Positions 46,351-55,908 are shown, counted from the stretch's first letter. The stretch is 64,000 nucleotides of DNA from an uncultured Prevotellaceae bacterium (GCA_946415645.1 CAMKTJ010000011.1:2627-66626); one strand, 5' to 3'. Program-made: numbers and translations. The notes: a model not told the origin generated them from the letters alone.

Positions 46351-46387
46351 ATATCCCTCTTTGATGCTGAATATCAAAGGGGGATAT
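46351..46387. terminator. bidirectional terminator between luxS and the PHP phosphatase gene
   Basis: ATATCCCTCTTTGAT-GCTGAAT-ATCAAAGGGGGATAT (14/15 paired). The right arm overlaps the last codons of the minus-strand gene. Confidence 0.7.
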
Positions 46388-47090
46388 TTAGATAAGTAAG
46401 GAACTTTTCTGGCTTGTCGTTCATAATCAGTTCCTCAGGAAACTCTGTTTCTGCAAGAAGCGGATAGATGAAGTCATACCCTGCAATATCAAAAGCAAAA
46501 TGAGCATCGCTGCCCAGTATCACAGGAACCTGATATTGTTTACAGAGGCGAAGAATTTCCTTGTTGTTGGCCACAGCCGTTTCTTTGTGACGGACAGGAT
46601 TCAAACTACTGTTATTAATCTCCAACAGGGTCTTGGATTCTTTGGCAGCAAGAACAAGAGGCTCGAAGAACAAATCTGCCGTTCCATCGCCTGGATGACT
46701 GATGATATGCGTCCAGGGATTGCGGATAGCAGCCTCCACGCCAGCCGTATTCTCCTCTTTGGTTCCGCCCTCCCAACAAAGGGAATGAACACCGGCAATG
46801 CGGATATCCAGTTTCTTGTAGTAGTATTCGTCCAGATCCAATGTCCCCTTGGTATCCAGAATATTCAACTCTGCTCCCAACAGAAGGCGAACACCATACA
46901 GCTGACGGGGAACTACATGCAGATTCCTGAAATAGATGGGGTCGCAAGTCCCAGGGATACCTGGTGCATGCTCAGTAATGCCAAGAATCTGCAAGCCACG
47001 ATTCGCTGCCTCGCGCGCCATTTCCATAATAGTATTATAGGCATGGCCGCTGGCTATGGTGTGGGTATGTACATCCAGTAGTGTATTCAT
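46374..47090 (-). CDS. PHP-domain phosphatase (YcdX-like)
   Basis: DVHTHTIASGHAY, ITEHAP and GSDAH motifs. Confidence 0.85.
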   Translation of the reverse strand: MNTLLDVHTHTIASGHAYNTIMEMAREAANRGLQILGITEHAPGIPGTCDPIYFRNLHVVPRQLYGVRLLLGAELNILDTKGTLDLDEYYYKKLDIRIAGVHSLCWEGGTKEENTAGVEAAIRNPWTHIISHPGDGTADLFFEPLVLAAKESKTLLEINNSSLNPVRHKETAVANNKEILRLCKQYQVPVILGSDAHFAFDIAGYDFIYPLLAETEFPEELIMNDKPEKFLTYLNIPL

Positions 47091-47100
47091 TTTATTCTAT

Positions 47101-47160
47101 TCAAAATTCAAAAAGCAAAAATCAAAATTCAAAATTTTCTCTAATCCCTAATCCTAAATT
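47101..47160. repeat. (TCAAAAT)5 plus (CTAATCC)n heptamer arrays
   Basis: TCAAAATTCAAAAAGCAAAAATCAAAATTCAAAATTTTCTCTAATCCCTAATCCTAAATT. The minus strand encodes the last 14 codons and the stop of the RluA-like gene. Confidence 0.9.
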
Positions 47161-48756
47161 ATCAGGCAAAGTGTATTCCTTACCACCAATAACCAGTCTA
47201 TAGGCCTGAAGGCACAAATGCTCTGAAGAGGTTCCGTACAGACGGTCGCCCACAATGGGGTTATTCAGGCCTTCTGGATGTGCACAATGCACACGCAGCT
47301 GATGAGTCCTGCCTGTATGGGGTTGCAGTTCCACCAAAGCATGTCCTTCAATATTCTCTATTATCTTATAAGTCGTTACAGCCGTCTTTCCATGCTGATA
47401 ATCCACCATCTGACGGGGACGGTCCATTACATCAGGCCGTAAGGGCAGACGTATCTCGCCTTGCTGTCCTACAGGCATCTCTCTTTCCAAGAGGGCACGA
47501 TAAGTCTTCTGGATTCTATGATAGCGGAAGTCGTCTTGCAACTTATGGTACACCTCATCAGTAAGAGCTATGACCATCAGTCCGCATGTATCCATATCCA
47601 AGCGATGAACCATCATAGGTCCTGTGGCTTGTGGAAACATCTCTTTGACGATGCTCTGTACACTGGGCAGACCGTCTTTCCCTGGTACAGAGAGCATGCC
47701 ATGAGGTTTCGCTACAATGGCCATCTTTTCATTCTGAAAGATAACTTCCAGTTTATGGTTTCCCAGAGACAACAGCGGATTCTCCTCCACCTTCAACCCT
47801 TGCAGCATGTGCCCCAATATAGGTTTGCATCTGCTATTGCAAGAGGGATAGAAATGGCCTTCCTGTCGGAGTTCATCACGAGGTGAGTCTCCCACCCAGA
47901 ACTCTGCCATACAGAGTGGTTGCAGACCTTCCTTGTAGGCTGCCTGCAGCAAACGGGGAGCACAACATTCACCAGCACCGCTGGGAGGCGTAGCAGCAAA
48001 GAGTTCTGTCAGATTCTTGCTTTGGCCCTTTGCATTCAGGAAAGAGAACTGTTGGAATAACCATTGCTGGAGGGCTATACTACGATTATGACGCTCCTGT
48101 TGCAGTTGTGTTATCTGTTGTTGTAATTCGTGAGAGGGAGCCTCATCCGCCTCTATTCTTTGCTTCCATTCCTGCTGCAAACGTTTTAGCTCTGCCTTCT
48201 GGAATTGGCTCTGCCTGATCATCTCAGGTTCCCTTGTTACCAGCTCCTCTGCAGAAAGCTCTGCACGTAAACGGTGGCGTTCCTCCTTCTGTTGCTGCAT
48301 CTCTGCACGATAGGCATCCAGTTCTCTTTGCATCTGCTCACGCAGAGGGCTCTCCTTTATCTGAGCCTGCAAGGATGCTATTTGGGCATTGATAGATGAT
48401 ATCACCTCCTGCTCCTGCTGGAAATAACAACCAGGTTCCATTAAGTCGAAAACAGGAGGAACAAAGTATGAGTGACAGGTCTTACCGTCCAACGTACCTG
48501 AGAAAGCAGCCAAGAAAAGGACCCTCTCTCCAACCTCCCTTCGAGGAGGGAGGCTATCGTTTCTTCTGACTACCAAGACCCCAAACATCTTACCTGCCTT
48601 TAGTTCCTTGGCCCATTGCTTTTGGGTTTTCAGAAAGGCCTGCACTTCCTTTGCCGCCATCACACATAATGGATGAGGCTGATAGCAGAAGGGATAAGTG
48701 AATTCTTGTGGTAAGGATAATTCTGCCGATTCAGGAGGAAGGGCATGCAACATCAT
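47122..48756 (-). CDS. RluA-family pseudouridine synthase with ~335-aa N-terminal extension
   Basis: HRLDMDTCGLMV catalytic motif in the C-terminal half. The N-terminal half has a coiled-coil insert and Cys motifs. The ATG overlaps the upstream stop (ATGA at 48753-48756). Confidence 0.85.
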   Translation of the reverse strand: MMLHALPPESAELSLPQEFTYPFCYQPHPLCVMAAKEVQAFLKTQKQWAKELKAGKMFGVLVVRRNDSLPPRREVGERVLFLAAFSGTLDGKTCHSYFVPPVFDLMEPGCYFQQEQEVISSINAQIASLQAQIKESPLREQMQRELDAYRAEMQQQKEERHRLRAELSAEELVTREPEMIRQSQFQKAELKRLQQEWKQRIEADEAPSHELQQQITQLQQERHNRSIALQQWLFQQFSFLNAKGQSKNLTELFAATPPSGAGECCAPRLLQAAYKEGLQPLCMAEFWVGDSPRDELRQEGHFYPSCNSRCKPILGHMLQGLKVEENPLLSLGNHKLEVIFQNEKMAIVAKPHGMLSVPGKDGLPSVQSIVKEMFPQATGPMMVHRLDMDTCGLMVIALTDEVYHKLQDDFRYHRIQKTYRALLEREMPVGQQGEIRLPLRPDVMDRPRQMVDYQHGKTAVTTYKIIENIEGHALVELQPHTGRTHQLRVHCAHPEGLNNPIVGDRLYGTSSEHLCLQAYRLVIGGKEYTLPDNLGLGIRENFEF

Positions 48757-49310
48757 AGCAGTAACAGCGATTCCGGACCCATATTAAAGAGCAGGTCCAC
48801 AATACTTAAATCCTGCAAGAACCCATGCTTACGGGCAAAAACCTGATAATAAGGTTTCTCTACCTGAGGAAACTCTGGCAGTTCACCAGCATAAGCCGTG
48901 GTACGCGAGATGGGAGTTTCAATATCTATAAGGGAACAGATGAGACGAAGCAAATCCTCATTGAAATCAGCCAAGAACTCCCACTTCTTCTCATAGAAGG
49001 GTGCAAAATCGTCGGCATAATATTCAAAGAAAGGCGACTGCCGGTAACTGCTCAGCAAAGCATTCCAATGCAGATGTCGCCAATTGCCATGATCGCTGAT
49101 ACGGATGTCACGCATCAGCGCATGAGGGGCAGGCTTCTCTACAGGAATACTTAGGGGAAGGACTCCCTGTGGGCTGTCTATCATGCAACGGTTACGCAGC
49201 GTCTGCTTGCGATAATGGTCGTTCACCTCCAACAGCCCCCCTTCCTTAGCACGGAAGAGAGCCGAATAATGAGAGACGGGAGCAAGATAACAGCAGGGAA
49301 GGACAATCAT
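48753..49310 (-). CDS. WbqC-like family protein
   Basis: 185 aa. The N-terminus (CCYLAPVSHYSAL) and its position next to lepB are as I remember for the family. Recognition is from memory only. Confidence 0.65.
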   Translation of the reverse strand: MIVLPCCYLAPVSHYSALFRAKEGGLLEVNDHYRKQTLRNRCMIDSPQGVLPLSIPVEKPAPHALMRDIRISDHGNWRHLHWNALLSSYRQSPFFEYYADDFAPFYEKKWEFLADFNEDLLRLICSLIDIETPISRTTAYAGELPEFPQVEKPYYQVFARKHGFLQDLSIVDLLFNMGPESLLLL

Positions 49311-49358
49311 TCAAAATTCAAATATCAAAATTAGCTAACCACTAACCGCTAACCGCTA
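49311..49358. repeat. (TCAAAWT)3 plus (GCTAACC)3 heptamer arrays filling the lepB-wbqC spacer
   Basis: TCAAAATTCAAATATCAAAATTAGCTAACCACTAACCGCTAACCGCTA. Confidence 0.9.
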
Positions 49359-50813
49359 TTTGATATTATCCACTAGTCGGAACAAGCGGCTCCAACGGAC
49401 ATGATGGCCACTCAACCAAGAACGGTCGGCATCTGTACTCCACCAGATGATCAATGGTTTACCTACGATGTGGTCCTCAGGCACAAAGCCCCAGAAACGA
49501 CTGTCAGCTGAGCAATGGCGGTTGTCGCCCATCATCCAGTAATAGTCCATCTTGAAGGTATATTCCGTTGTTTCCTTGCCGTTGATAAGAATCTTACCCT
49601 CTGGAGTAACGTCCAGTGTATTGCCTTCATACACACGGATGGGACGCTCGTAGATAGGCAGATTCTCCAGTGTAAGATTAATCTTCTCGCCCTTCTTGGG
49701 AATCCAAATGGGACCATAGTTATCGCAAGTCCAACCAGTATATGCATTTTGAGGATAAAGCAAGGCTATCTCTTTTTCCTCCACAGGAGTTACGCCGTTA
49801 ACGTAAGCTGTCTGTTTCTCAAGCGCAGCCTTGGTTGCTTTGGTCAAAGGCAGCTGACCAGTCGCATACATATCTTTTACATCCTCCATGCGCAATCCCA
49901 ACTCGTGGCAGATATCTTCTGGCAGATAGCTGGTCTTAAGTTCAACGTTATACAGATACTGCACATTCTCGGCATCAGGATTTACCTTACCATCCAGATA
50001 CACCACCTTGTCCTTAATCTGCAAGGTCTGACCAGGAAGACCTACACAACGCTTTACATAGTTCTCGCGACGGTCAACAGGGCGGGTAGCAATCTCGCCG
50101 AAAGCATTAGAATTCTGTTTTATGAATTCCCTACCCATGTTATACACCATCTGGAAATACTGACGTTGTTGCAAAATAGTAAGGCTGTCCATGATGGGAA
50201 CAGGAATCTCAACCCGCTCCTGCCAACACTTATAGCCATAGATATAACAATAGTCGTAATACTGCGTCTGAAGTGCAGGATTTGTCAGGATGGTATCACC
50301 TGCAGGATAGTTGAATACCACAATATCGTTCAACTTTATGGGCTTGAGGGTTACACGTTTGTATTCCCACTGGGGCCATTCTATGTAGCTCTTACCCAGG
50401 TTAAAAGGCAAAGTGTGCTGACAAAGGGGCATATGCAAGGGAGTCTGAGGCACACGGGGACCATAGCTGAGTTTGGAAACCAACAGATAGTCGCCTACCA
50501 GAAGACTCTTCTCCAATGAACTGGAGGGGATAACGTAGTTCTGGAAGAAATATACGTTTACGAAGTATACAGCCACCAGGGCAAATACGATGGCATCCAC
50601 CCATCCCATTACGGTACGGACAAGGGGATTCTCGGCATCCTTCCACCACGTCCAGGGGATGAAACGGGTGACATAGGCATCAAAGATAAAGGGAAGTACA
50701 ATCAGTCCCCACCAGGCATCCACCCAATAGAGGAAAGCTATGTATAATGCACTGTATATGATGGCGCGAGCCCAATCGGCCCGTGTAGCCTTTTTTCTAT
50801 TCTTCTTAGTCAT
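49356..50813 (-). CDS. lepB: signal peptidase I
   Basis: [18 protein letters not shown] (catalytic Ser region) and [25 protein letters not shown]. Confidence 0.92.
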   Translation of the reverse strand: MTKKNRKKATRADWARAIIYSALYIAFLYWVDAWWGLIVLPFIFDAYVTRFIPWTWWKDAENPLVRTVMGWVDAIVFALVAVYFVNVYFFQNYVIPSSSLEKSLLVGDYLLVSKLSYGPRVPQTPLHMPLCQHTLPFNLGKSYIEWPQWEYKRVTLKPIKLNDIVVFNYPAGDTILTNPALQTQYYDYCYIYGYKCWQERVEIPVPIMDSLTILQQRQYFQMVYNMGREFIKQNSNAFGEIATRPVDRRENYVKRCVGLPGQTLQIKDKVVYLDGKVNPDAENVQYLYNVELKTSYLPEDICHELGLRMEDVKDMYATGQLPLTKATKAALEKQTAYVNGVTPVEEKEIALLYPQNAYTGWTCDNYGPIWIPKKGEKINLTLENLPIYERPIRVYEGNTLDVTPEGKILINGKETTEYTFKMDYYWMMGDNRHCSADSRFWGFVPEDHIVGKPLIIWWSTDADRSWLSGHHVRWSRLFRLVDNIK

Positions 50814-50816
50814 CTG

Positions 50817-51533
50817 TTAGAACTGGAATAAGTCAGACATTGTTAACAATCCCTCGTGAGTGGCCGTATACTCGGCAGCCAGAACGGCACCCATGGCAAA
50901 GCCTCTGCGGTTGTGGGCATCGTGGGTGATGGTTATCATATCCTCTGGAGAATCGTAGGTGATGGTATGAATACCGGGCACTTCCTTCTGGCGGATATCG
51001 TCAATGCGCAGCACCTCAGGCTTTGTCTCGTGCAGGCCCCAACGCTCCTTGCGGTCGAGGTTCTCTACAATCTGCTCTGCAAGGGTGATGGCTGTGCCAG
51101 AGGGAGCATCCAGTTTGTGTACGTGATGGGTCTCTACCATGTTCACGTCATACTGGTCGAACTGGTTCATTATCTTAGCCAGATACTTGTTGACAGCACC
51201 GAAGATAGCTACACCTACGCTGAAGTTGCTGGCCCAGAAGAGGGTCTTGCCTTCTGTAGTACAAGCCTTGCGCACCTCAGCCTCATGGTCCTTCATCCAA
51301 CCTGTTGACCCGCTTACCACCTTCACGCCTGCCTTCCAAGCCTTCAGGTAATTATCGTATGCCGTCCAAGGAGTAGTGAATTCTATGGCCACATCGGCAT
51401 TGGCAAAAGCCTCTGATTCAAACTCCTGCTGATTGTCGATGTCTATAATGCTTACTATCTCATGTCCTCTTGAGAGGGCTATCTCCTCTATCATCCGGCC
51501 CATCTTGCCGTATCCTATCAATGCAATTTTCAT
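50817..51533 (-). CDS. dapB: 4-hydroxy-tetrahydrodipicolinate reductase
   Basis: MKIALIGYGKMG NAD-binding motif and ETHHVHKLDAPSGTA. Confidence 0.95.
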   Translation of the reverse strand: MKIALIGYGKMGRMIEEIALSRGHEIVSIIDIDNQQEFESEAFANADVAIEFTTPWTAYDNYLKAWKAGVKVVSGSTGWMKDHEAEVRKACTTEGKTLFWASNFSVGVAIFGAVNKYLAKIMNQFDQYDVNMVETHHVHKLDAPSGTAITLAEQIVENLDRKERWGLHETKPEVLRIDDIRQKEVPGIHTITYDSPEDMITITHDAHNRRGFAMGAVLAAEYTATHEGLLTMSDLFQF

Positions 51534-51555
51534 ACCATATTATATATTTCACGTG

Positions 51556-51563
51556 CAAAAGTA
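51556..51563 (-). promoter_or_regulatory. candidate -7 box (TAnnTTTG)
   Basis: TACTTTTG on the minus strand, 22 nt upstream of the dapB ATG. Confidence 0.5.
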
Positions 51564-51585
51564 ATGCTTTTAGGCCAAAATTCAC

Positions 51586-51593
51586 TACTTTTG
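51586..51593 (+). promoter_or_regulatory. candidate -7 box (TAnnTTTG)
   Basis: TACTTTTG, 33 nt upstream of ATG 51627. Confidence 0.5.
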
Positions 51594-51626
51594 TATATAA
51601 AATTAAGTTAATGAGGATTGTAACGT

Positions 51627-52841
51627 ATGGAAAAGTTGCTCCATTACGTGTGGAAACATAAGATTCTCCCCCTGAAAGCATTGCTAACGACAGACGGCCG
51701 GGAGGTGGAAATCATAGACCCTGGTATCCATAATACCGATCAAGGGCCTGATTTTTTTAATGCCAAGATCAAGATTGGCGGAACGCTGTGGGCAGGAAAT
51801 GTAGAGCTGCATCTGAAGTCATCCGACTGGTTCAAGCATGGGCACGACATAGATTCCGCCTACAACAATACCATCCTGCATGTGGCTCAGGACATCGACT
51901 GCAAGGTTACTACCGAGGAAGGCAACCATCCTCCACAGTTGCAACTGGATATCCCTGCTCATCTGTACCTAAGCTATCAGGAACTTTGCCAGACGGACGA
52001 TTATCCGCGTTGCCACCGCATCATCCCTTCTATCCCCACCATGAAGGCTCACATGTGGATGGATGCCTTGTTGGCTGAACGCATGAAGGAAAGAGCTCAG
52101 AAGGTGCAGGACAGGGCCGACCGTCTGAATGGCGACTGGGAGCAGGCAACCTTCGTCACACTCTGTCGTAACTTCGGTTTCGGCTTAAATGGCGATACCT
52201 TCGAGCGATGGGCTATGATGATTCCTCTGAAGAGTGTGGGCAAGCACAGGGATAATCTGTTCCAGGTGGAGGCCATCTTCTTAGGAATGGCAGGTTTGAT
52301 AGAGGATGCAGGACAGATAAAGGGCGCTGAAATGGCAGAAAAGTGGAAGCGCGAGTTTGCCTTCCTCTCCCACAAGTTCCAACTGCCCGAGCCCATGAAG
52401 GCTAGCGAGTGGCGATTCCTACGTACCCGACCCAAGAACTTCCCCCACATCCGCATCCTGCAGATAGCCGAGCTTTACCATAGCGGCAAGGCGCAGATGT
52501 CGGCTCTGATAGAGGCCAAAGACATCAAGGAGATGCACAGGCTCCTGGCCGTTGGCGGCACATCGGCCAACAGTCGCAAGTTGCTTATCGTCAACACCAT
52601 AGTACCTCTGCTTTATGCCTATGGCATTCACAGAAGCGAGGAGAAACTCATCCAGAAAGCTACGGCTTTGCTGGAGGAACTGCCAGCCGAGGACAACTAC
52701 ATCCTGCGTCAATGGAGGGCTTGCGGATTGAGCGTAGAGACAGCTGCCGACAGTCAGGCTTTGATACAACTGAAACGTGAATACTGCGACCGCAAGGACT
52801 GCCTTCGCTGTCGCTTTGCATATGAATTCTTAAAGCAATGA
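51627..52841 (+). CDS. DUF2851-like protein
   Basis: LLHYVWKHK..GPDFFNAKIKI..GNVELHLKSSDWFKHGH matches my memory of the DUF2851 N-terminus. C-terminal CxxC (CLRCRF). Confidence 0.75.
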   Translation: MEKLLHYVWKHKILPLKALLTTDGREVEIIDPGIHNTDQGPDFFNAKIKIGGTLWAGNVELHLKSSDWFKHGHDIDSAYNNTILHVAQDIDCKVTTEEGNHPPQLQLDIPAHLYLSYQELCQTDDYPRCHRIIPSIPTMKAHMWMDALLAERMKERAQKVQDRADRLNGDWEQATFVTLCRNFGFGLNGDTFERWAMMIPLKSVGKHRDNLFQVEAIFLGMAGLIEDAGQIKGAEMAEKWKREFAFLSHKFQLPEPMKASEWRFLRTRPKNFPHIRILQIAELYHSGKAQMSALIEAKDIKEMHRLLAVGGTSANSRKLLIVNTIVPLLYAYGIHRSEEKLIQKATALLEELPAEDNYILRQWRACGLSVETAADSQALIQLKREYCDRKDCLRCRFAYEFLKQ

Positions 52842-53242
52842 AATACGTATATGAACTGAAGATGAAGGTACGCGACTATGAGTGCGACCTTCAGGGCATT
52901 GTCAACAATGCCAACTACCAACATTACACAGAACACACCCGTCATGAGTTTCTCTTGCAGGCAGGCATCAGCTTTGCCGATATGCACAACCGTGGCATAG
53001 ATGCCGTAGTGGCACGACTGAAGATGGCCTTCAAGGTTCCCCTGAAGAGTGGCGACGAGTTTGTATGCCGCATGCGCATCAAGAAGGAGGGCGTGCGCTT
53101 TGTCTTCTATCAGGATATCTTCCGCCTGCCAGACGAGACGATGGTGCTGCGCAGTCAGATAGATACCGTCTGCGTGGTGAACGGACAGCTGGGCGAGTGT
53201 CCAGAGTTGGAAACCTTGTTGGAACCCTATCTGGAGAAATGA
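52838..53242 (+). CDS. 4HBT/YbgC-type acyl-CoA thioesterase
   Basis: VRDYECDLQGIVNNANYQHYTEHTRHEFL hot-dog-fold motif. ATGA overlap with the upstream gene. Confidence 0.85.
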   Translation: MKYVYELKMKVRDYECDLQGIVNNANYQHYTEHTRHEFLLQAGISFADMHNRGIDAVVARLKMAFKVPLKSGDEFVCRMRIKKEGVRFVFYQDIFRLPDETMVLRSQIDTVCVVNGQLGECPELETLLEPYLEK

Positions 53243-54369
53243 TGACAGAGCAGGAGATCCTTTACGCCATAGCCTTTTCCTTCGTTCCCCGTCTGAATCT
53301 GGTAAACCGCAAGATACTGCTGGAGACGATGGGCTCGTTTACGGAGATATTCGAGCAACGTCAGAACCTGAAGGAATTCATCCCCCATGCCAACAAGGAG
53401 ACGCTGGAGGCGTTGGCCCTGATGGATACACACCTGAAGAGAGCCGAGGAGGAACTGGCCTTTGCAAAGGCAGGACATATCCAGTGTGTCGGTTACAATG
53501 ACGAGACCTACCCTGCCCGCCTGCGTGAATGCCCTGATGCACCTACATTGCTGTATTACAGAGGCTCTGCGCCCCTGAATGGTCAGCATATCGTCAGCAT
53601 GGTGGGAACACGTCAGATTACAGCTTACGGCAAGGACCTCTGCCAGCAGTTTGTGAAAGAACTGAAGCAGCTCTGTCCTGATACGCTGATAGTCAGCGGG
53701 TTGGCTTATGGAGTGGATATCCATTGCCATAGGGCGGCTTTGGAGCAGGGAATGGATACCATTGGCGTCTTGGCTCACGGGCTCGACCAGATTTATCCCC
53801 GATTCCATCGTGATACTGCCGTCCAGATGGTGCAGCATGGAGGATTGCTTACGGAGTTCCCATCGCGTAGTACGGCAGAGAAGCTGCATTTCGTCCAGCG
53901 CAACCGCATCGTAGCCGGAATGGCAGACGCCACCATTGTGGTAGAGAGTGCCAAGAAAGGCGGTTCACTCATTACAGCAGAGATTTCAGAAGACTACGGG
54001 CGCGATGTATTTGCCTTCCCCGGACGTATTGGCGATACCTATTCCGAGGGCTGTAACCTACTGATAAAAGACAATCGGGCAGGCCTCATCACCAGTGCCG
54101 AGGACTTTGTAAAGGCTATGGGATGGGAGACGGAATGCAACCTGAGGAAGCAGGTGAACGAGGGCCTGCAACAAGAACTCTTCCCCGACCTGACGGACGA
54201 GGAACAGCGCATCGTCAAGGCACTCAGCGGTACTGAAAGCAAGCAGATGAACATCCTCTCCGTAGAGACGGCATTGCCCATCAGCAAACTCACCAGCCTG
54301 CTTTTCGGGTTGGAGATGAAGGGTGTGGTACGCCTGCTTAGCGGAGGCTGTTACCGATTGGCAAAATAA
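53239..54369 (+). CDS. dprA: DNA-processing protein DprA
   Basis: The start is moved to MMTEQEILYAI (ATGA overlap with the thioesterase stop). GLAYGVDIHCHRAAL and KGGSLITA motifs are present. Confidence 0.9.
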   Translation: MMTEQEILYAIAFSFVPRLNLVNRKILLETMGSFTEIFEQRQNLKEFIPHANKETLEALALMDTHLKRAEEELAFAKAGHIQCVGYNDETYPARLRECPDAPTLLYYRGSAPLNGQHIVSMVGTRQITAYGKDLCQQFVKELKQLCPDTLIVSGLAYGVDIHCHRAALEQGMDTIGVLAHGLDQIYPRFHRDTAVQMVQHGGLLTEFPSRSTAEKLHFVQRNRIVAGMADATIVVESAKKGGSLITAEISEDYGRDVFAFPGRIGDTYSEGCNLLIKDNRAGLITSAEDFVKAMGWETECNLRKQVNEGLQQELFPDLTDEEQRIVKALSGTESKQMNILSVETALPISKLTSLLFGLEMKGVVRLLSGGCYRLAK

Positions 54370-55835
54370 GCCGAGATATTATTCAGACAGAGTGGCCCTC
54401 TGGCATCCGTAACGGAGATTCTGAGAGCTGTGGCTTCTATCGTTGGGAAGCGCAGAATACGTTTATAGCCAATGGTGGTTGTGGGTTCGCCTGCATCCAC
54501 CATTTGCCATTTATTGCCTACGAGGGCTTCTACCTGGAAGGCTTTCACGCGCTGACCCAGTGGGATGTATTCCTGCAAGAGCAGGCGGTTCACCTTGGTG
54601 GGTTGTTTGAAGGTAAAGGTCACTATGCCAGTATGCTCGCCATCAGGTGTGGCCCAATAGGTATCCCAATTGCCGTCGTTCAGGTTCTTAGCCGCGAATT
54701 TCTTGCCTCTGGTGCTGCTGGCCGAAGCCTTAGCCTTACGCAACAGATCGGTCTTCAGGTCCTGCATAATCATCTGATGGAAGGCAACGGCATTGGCGCT
54801 GTCTATGGCATTCACCCTACCCTCGCGATCCACAGGGAAGTTCAGCAACAGCGTGGCATTGTGCCCTACCGATTTATAATACAGGTCCACCAACTGCTCT
54901 GGGGTCTTTACCTTAGAGTCCTCCTCTGGGTGATAGAACCAACCGGGACGGATAGAGACATCGCACTCAGCAGCAATCCAAGTGTCGCCATCAGGATGCC
55001 CCGTAGTCAGCTCTTTGCTTTTGTTATAGCCCGGATAGACTTCTTTCTGGCGCAGGAACGACCAGTTGGTAGCACCTGCCTCGCCCCTTTCATTTCCCAC
55101 CCAACGGCAACCAGGACCGCCATCGCTGAAGATGATAGCCTTTGGCTGATACTCCAGGATGATAGAGTGAATCTTGGGGAAGTTGTAATAATTCCTACGG
55201 TCAATCTTGCGCTTCTCCTTGGCTCCTCCGTAGTAGCCGTCGCCACCATTGGCACCATCCAGCCACACCTCAAAGAGGGGACCGTACTCCGTAACCAACT
55301 GCGTCAGCTGCTGGTGGTAGTAATCCACGTATGCCTGCCTACCGTATTCAGCATGATTTCTGTCCCATGGCGACAGATATACGCCCATCTTCAGGCCGTA
55401 TTTGTCGCAAGCCTTACGCAGTTCTGCCAGCACATCCACCTTGCCGTCCTTGTTCTTAGGACCGTCATAGGAGGAATGGGTGATGTTGTAATCCGTCAGC
55501 GGAGAGGGCCACATAGCAAAGCCGTCGTGATGCTTAGCCACAATAATCACGCCCTTCATGCCAGCCTGCTTGAAGGTGCGCACCCACTGCTCCACATCCA
55601 TGCGGCTGGGGTTGAAAACCTTGGGGTCGGCATCGCCATAGCCCCACTCGCTATCGTTGAAGGTGTTCAGCCCATAGTGCACAAAGGCATACGTCTCCAT
55701 CTTCTGCCACTCCACCTGCTGAGGCAGAGGCAGAGGGGGGATAGGAGTTTGGGCAAATATAGATAAGGAGAGGAAGAGAAAGCCCCCTCCGACTCCCCCT
55801 TTGGGGGAGAGAATTATCTTGATGATATTATACAT
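54351..55835 (-). CDS. alpha-L-fucosidase (GH29) with C-terminal F5/8-type-C (discoidin) domain
   Basis: VAKHHDGFAMWPS and the C-terminal ASSTRGKKFAAKNLNDGNWDTYWAT. The 3' end overlaps dprA convergently by 19 nt. Confidence 0.9.
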   Translation of the reverse strand: MYNIIKIILSPKGGVGGGFLFLSLSIFAQTPIPPLPLPQQVEWQKMETYAFVHYGLNTFNDSEWGYGDADPKVFNPSRMDVEQWVRTFKQAGMKGVIIVAKHHDGFAMWPSPLTDYNITHSSYDGPKNKDGKVDVLAELRKACDKYGLKMGVYLSPWDRNHAEYGRQAYVDYYHQQLTQLVTEYGPLFEVWLDGANGGDGYYGGAKEKRKIDRRNYYNFPKIHSIILEYQPKAIIFSDGGPGCRWVGNERGEAGATNWSFLRQKEVYPGYNKSKELTTGHPDGDTWIAAECDVSIRPGWFYHPEEDSKVKTPEQLVDLYYKSVGHNATLLLNFPVDREGRVNAIDSANAVAFHQMIMQDLKTDLLRKAKASASSTRGKKFAAKNLNDGNWDTYWATPDGEHTGIVTFTFKQPTKVNRLLLQEYIPLGQRVKAFQVEALVGNKWQMVDAGEPTTTIGYKRILRFPTIEATALRISVTDARGPLCLNNISAYFANR

Positions 55836-55852
55836 AGCGATTATTGGTTAAC

Positions 55853-55908
55853 GAATTGAATTTTGAATTTTGAATTTTGAATCCCTCCCCCTAAAGGGGG
55901 TCGGGGGG
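55853..55908. repeat. (GAATTTT)3-4 array followed by a C5-TAAA-G5 mini-hairpin
   Basis: GAATTGAATTTTGAATTTTGAATTTTGAAT then CCCTCCCCCTAAAGGGGGTCGGGGGGTC. Confidence 0.9.
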
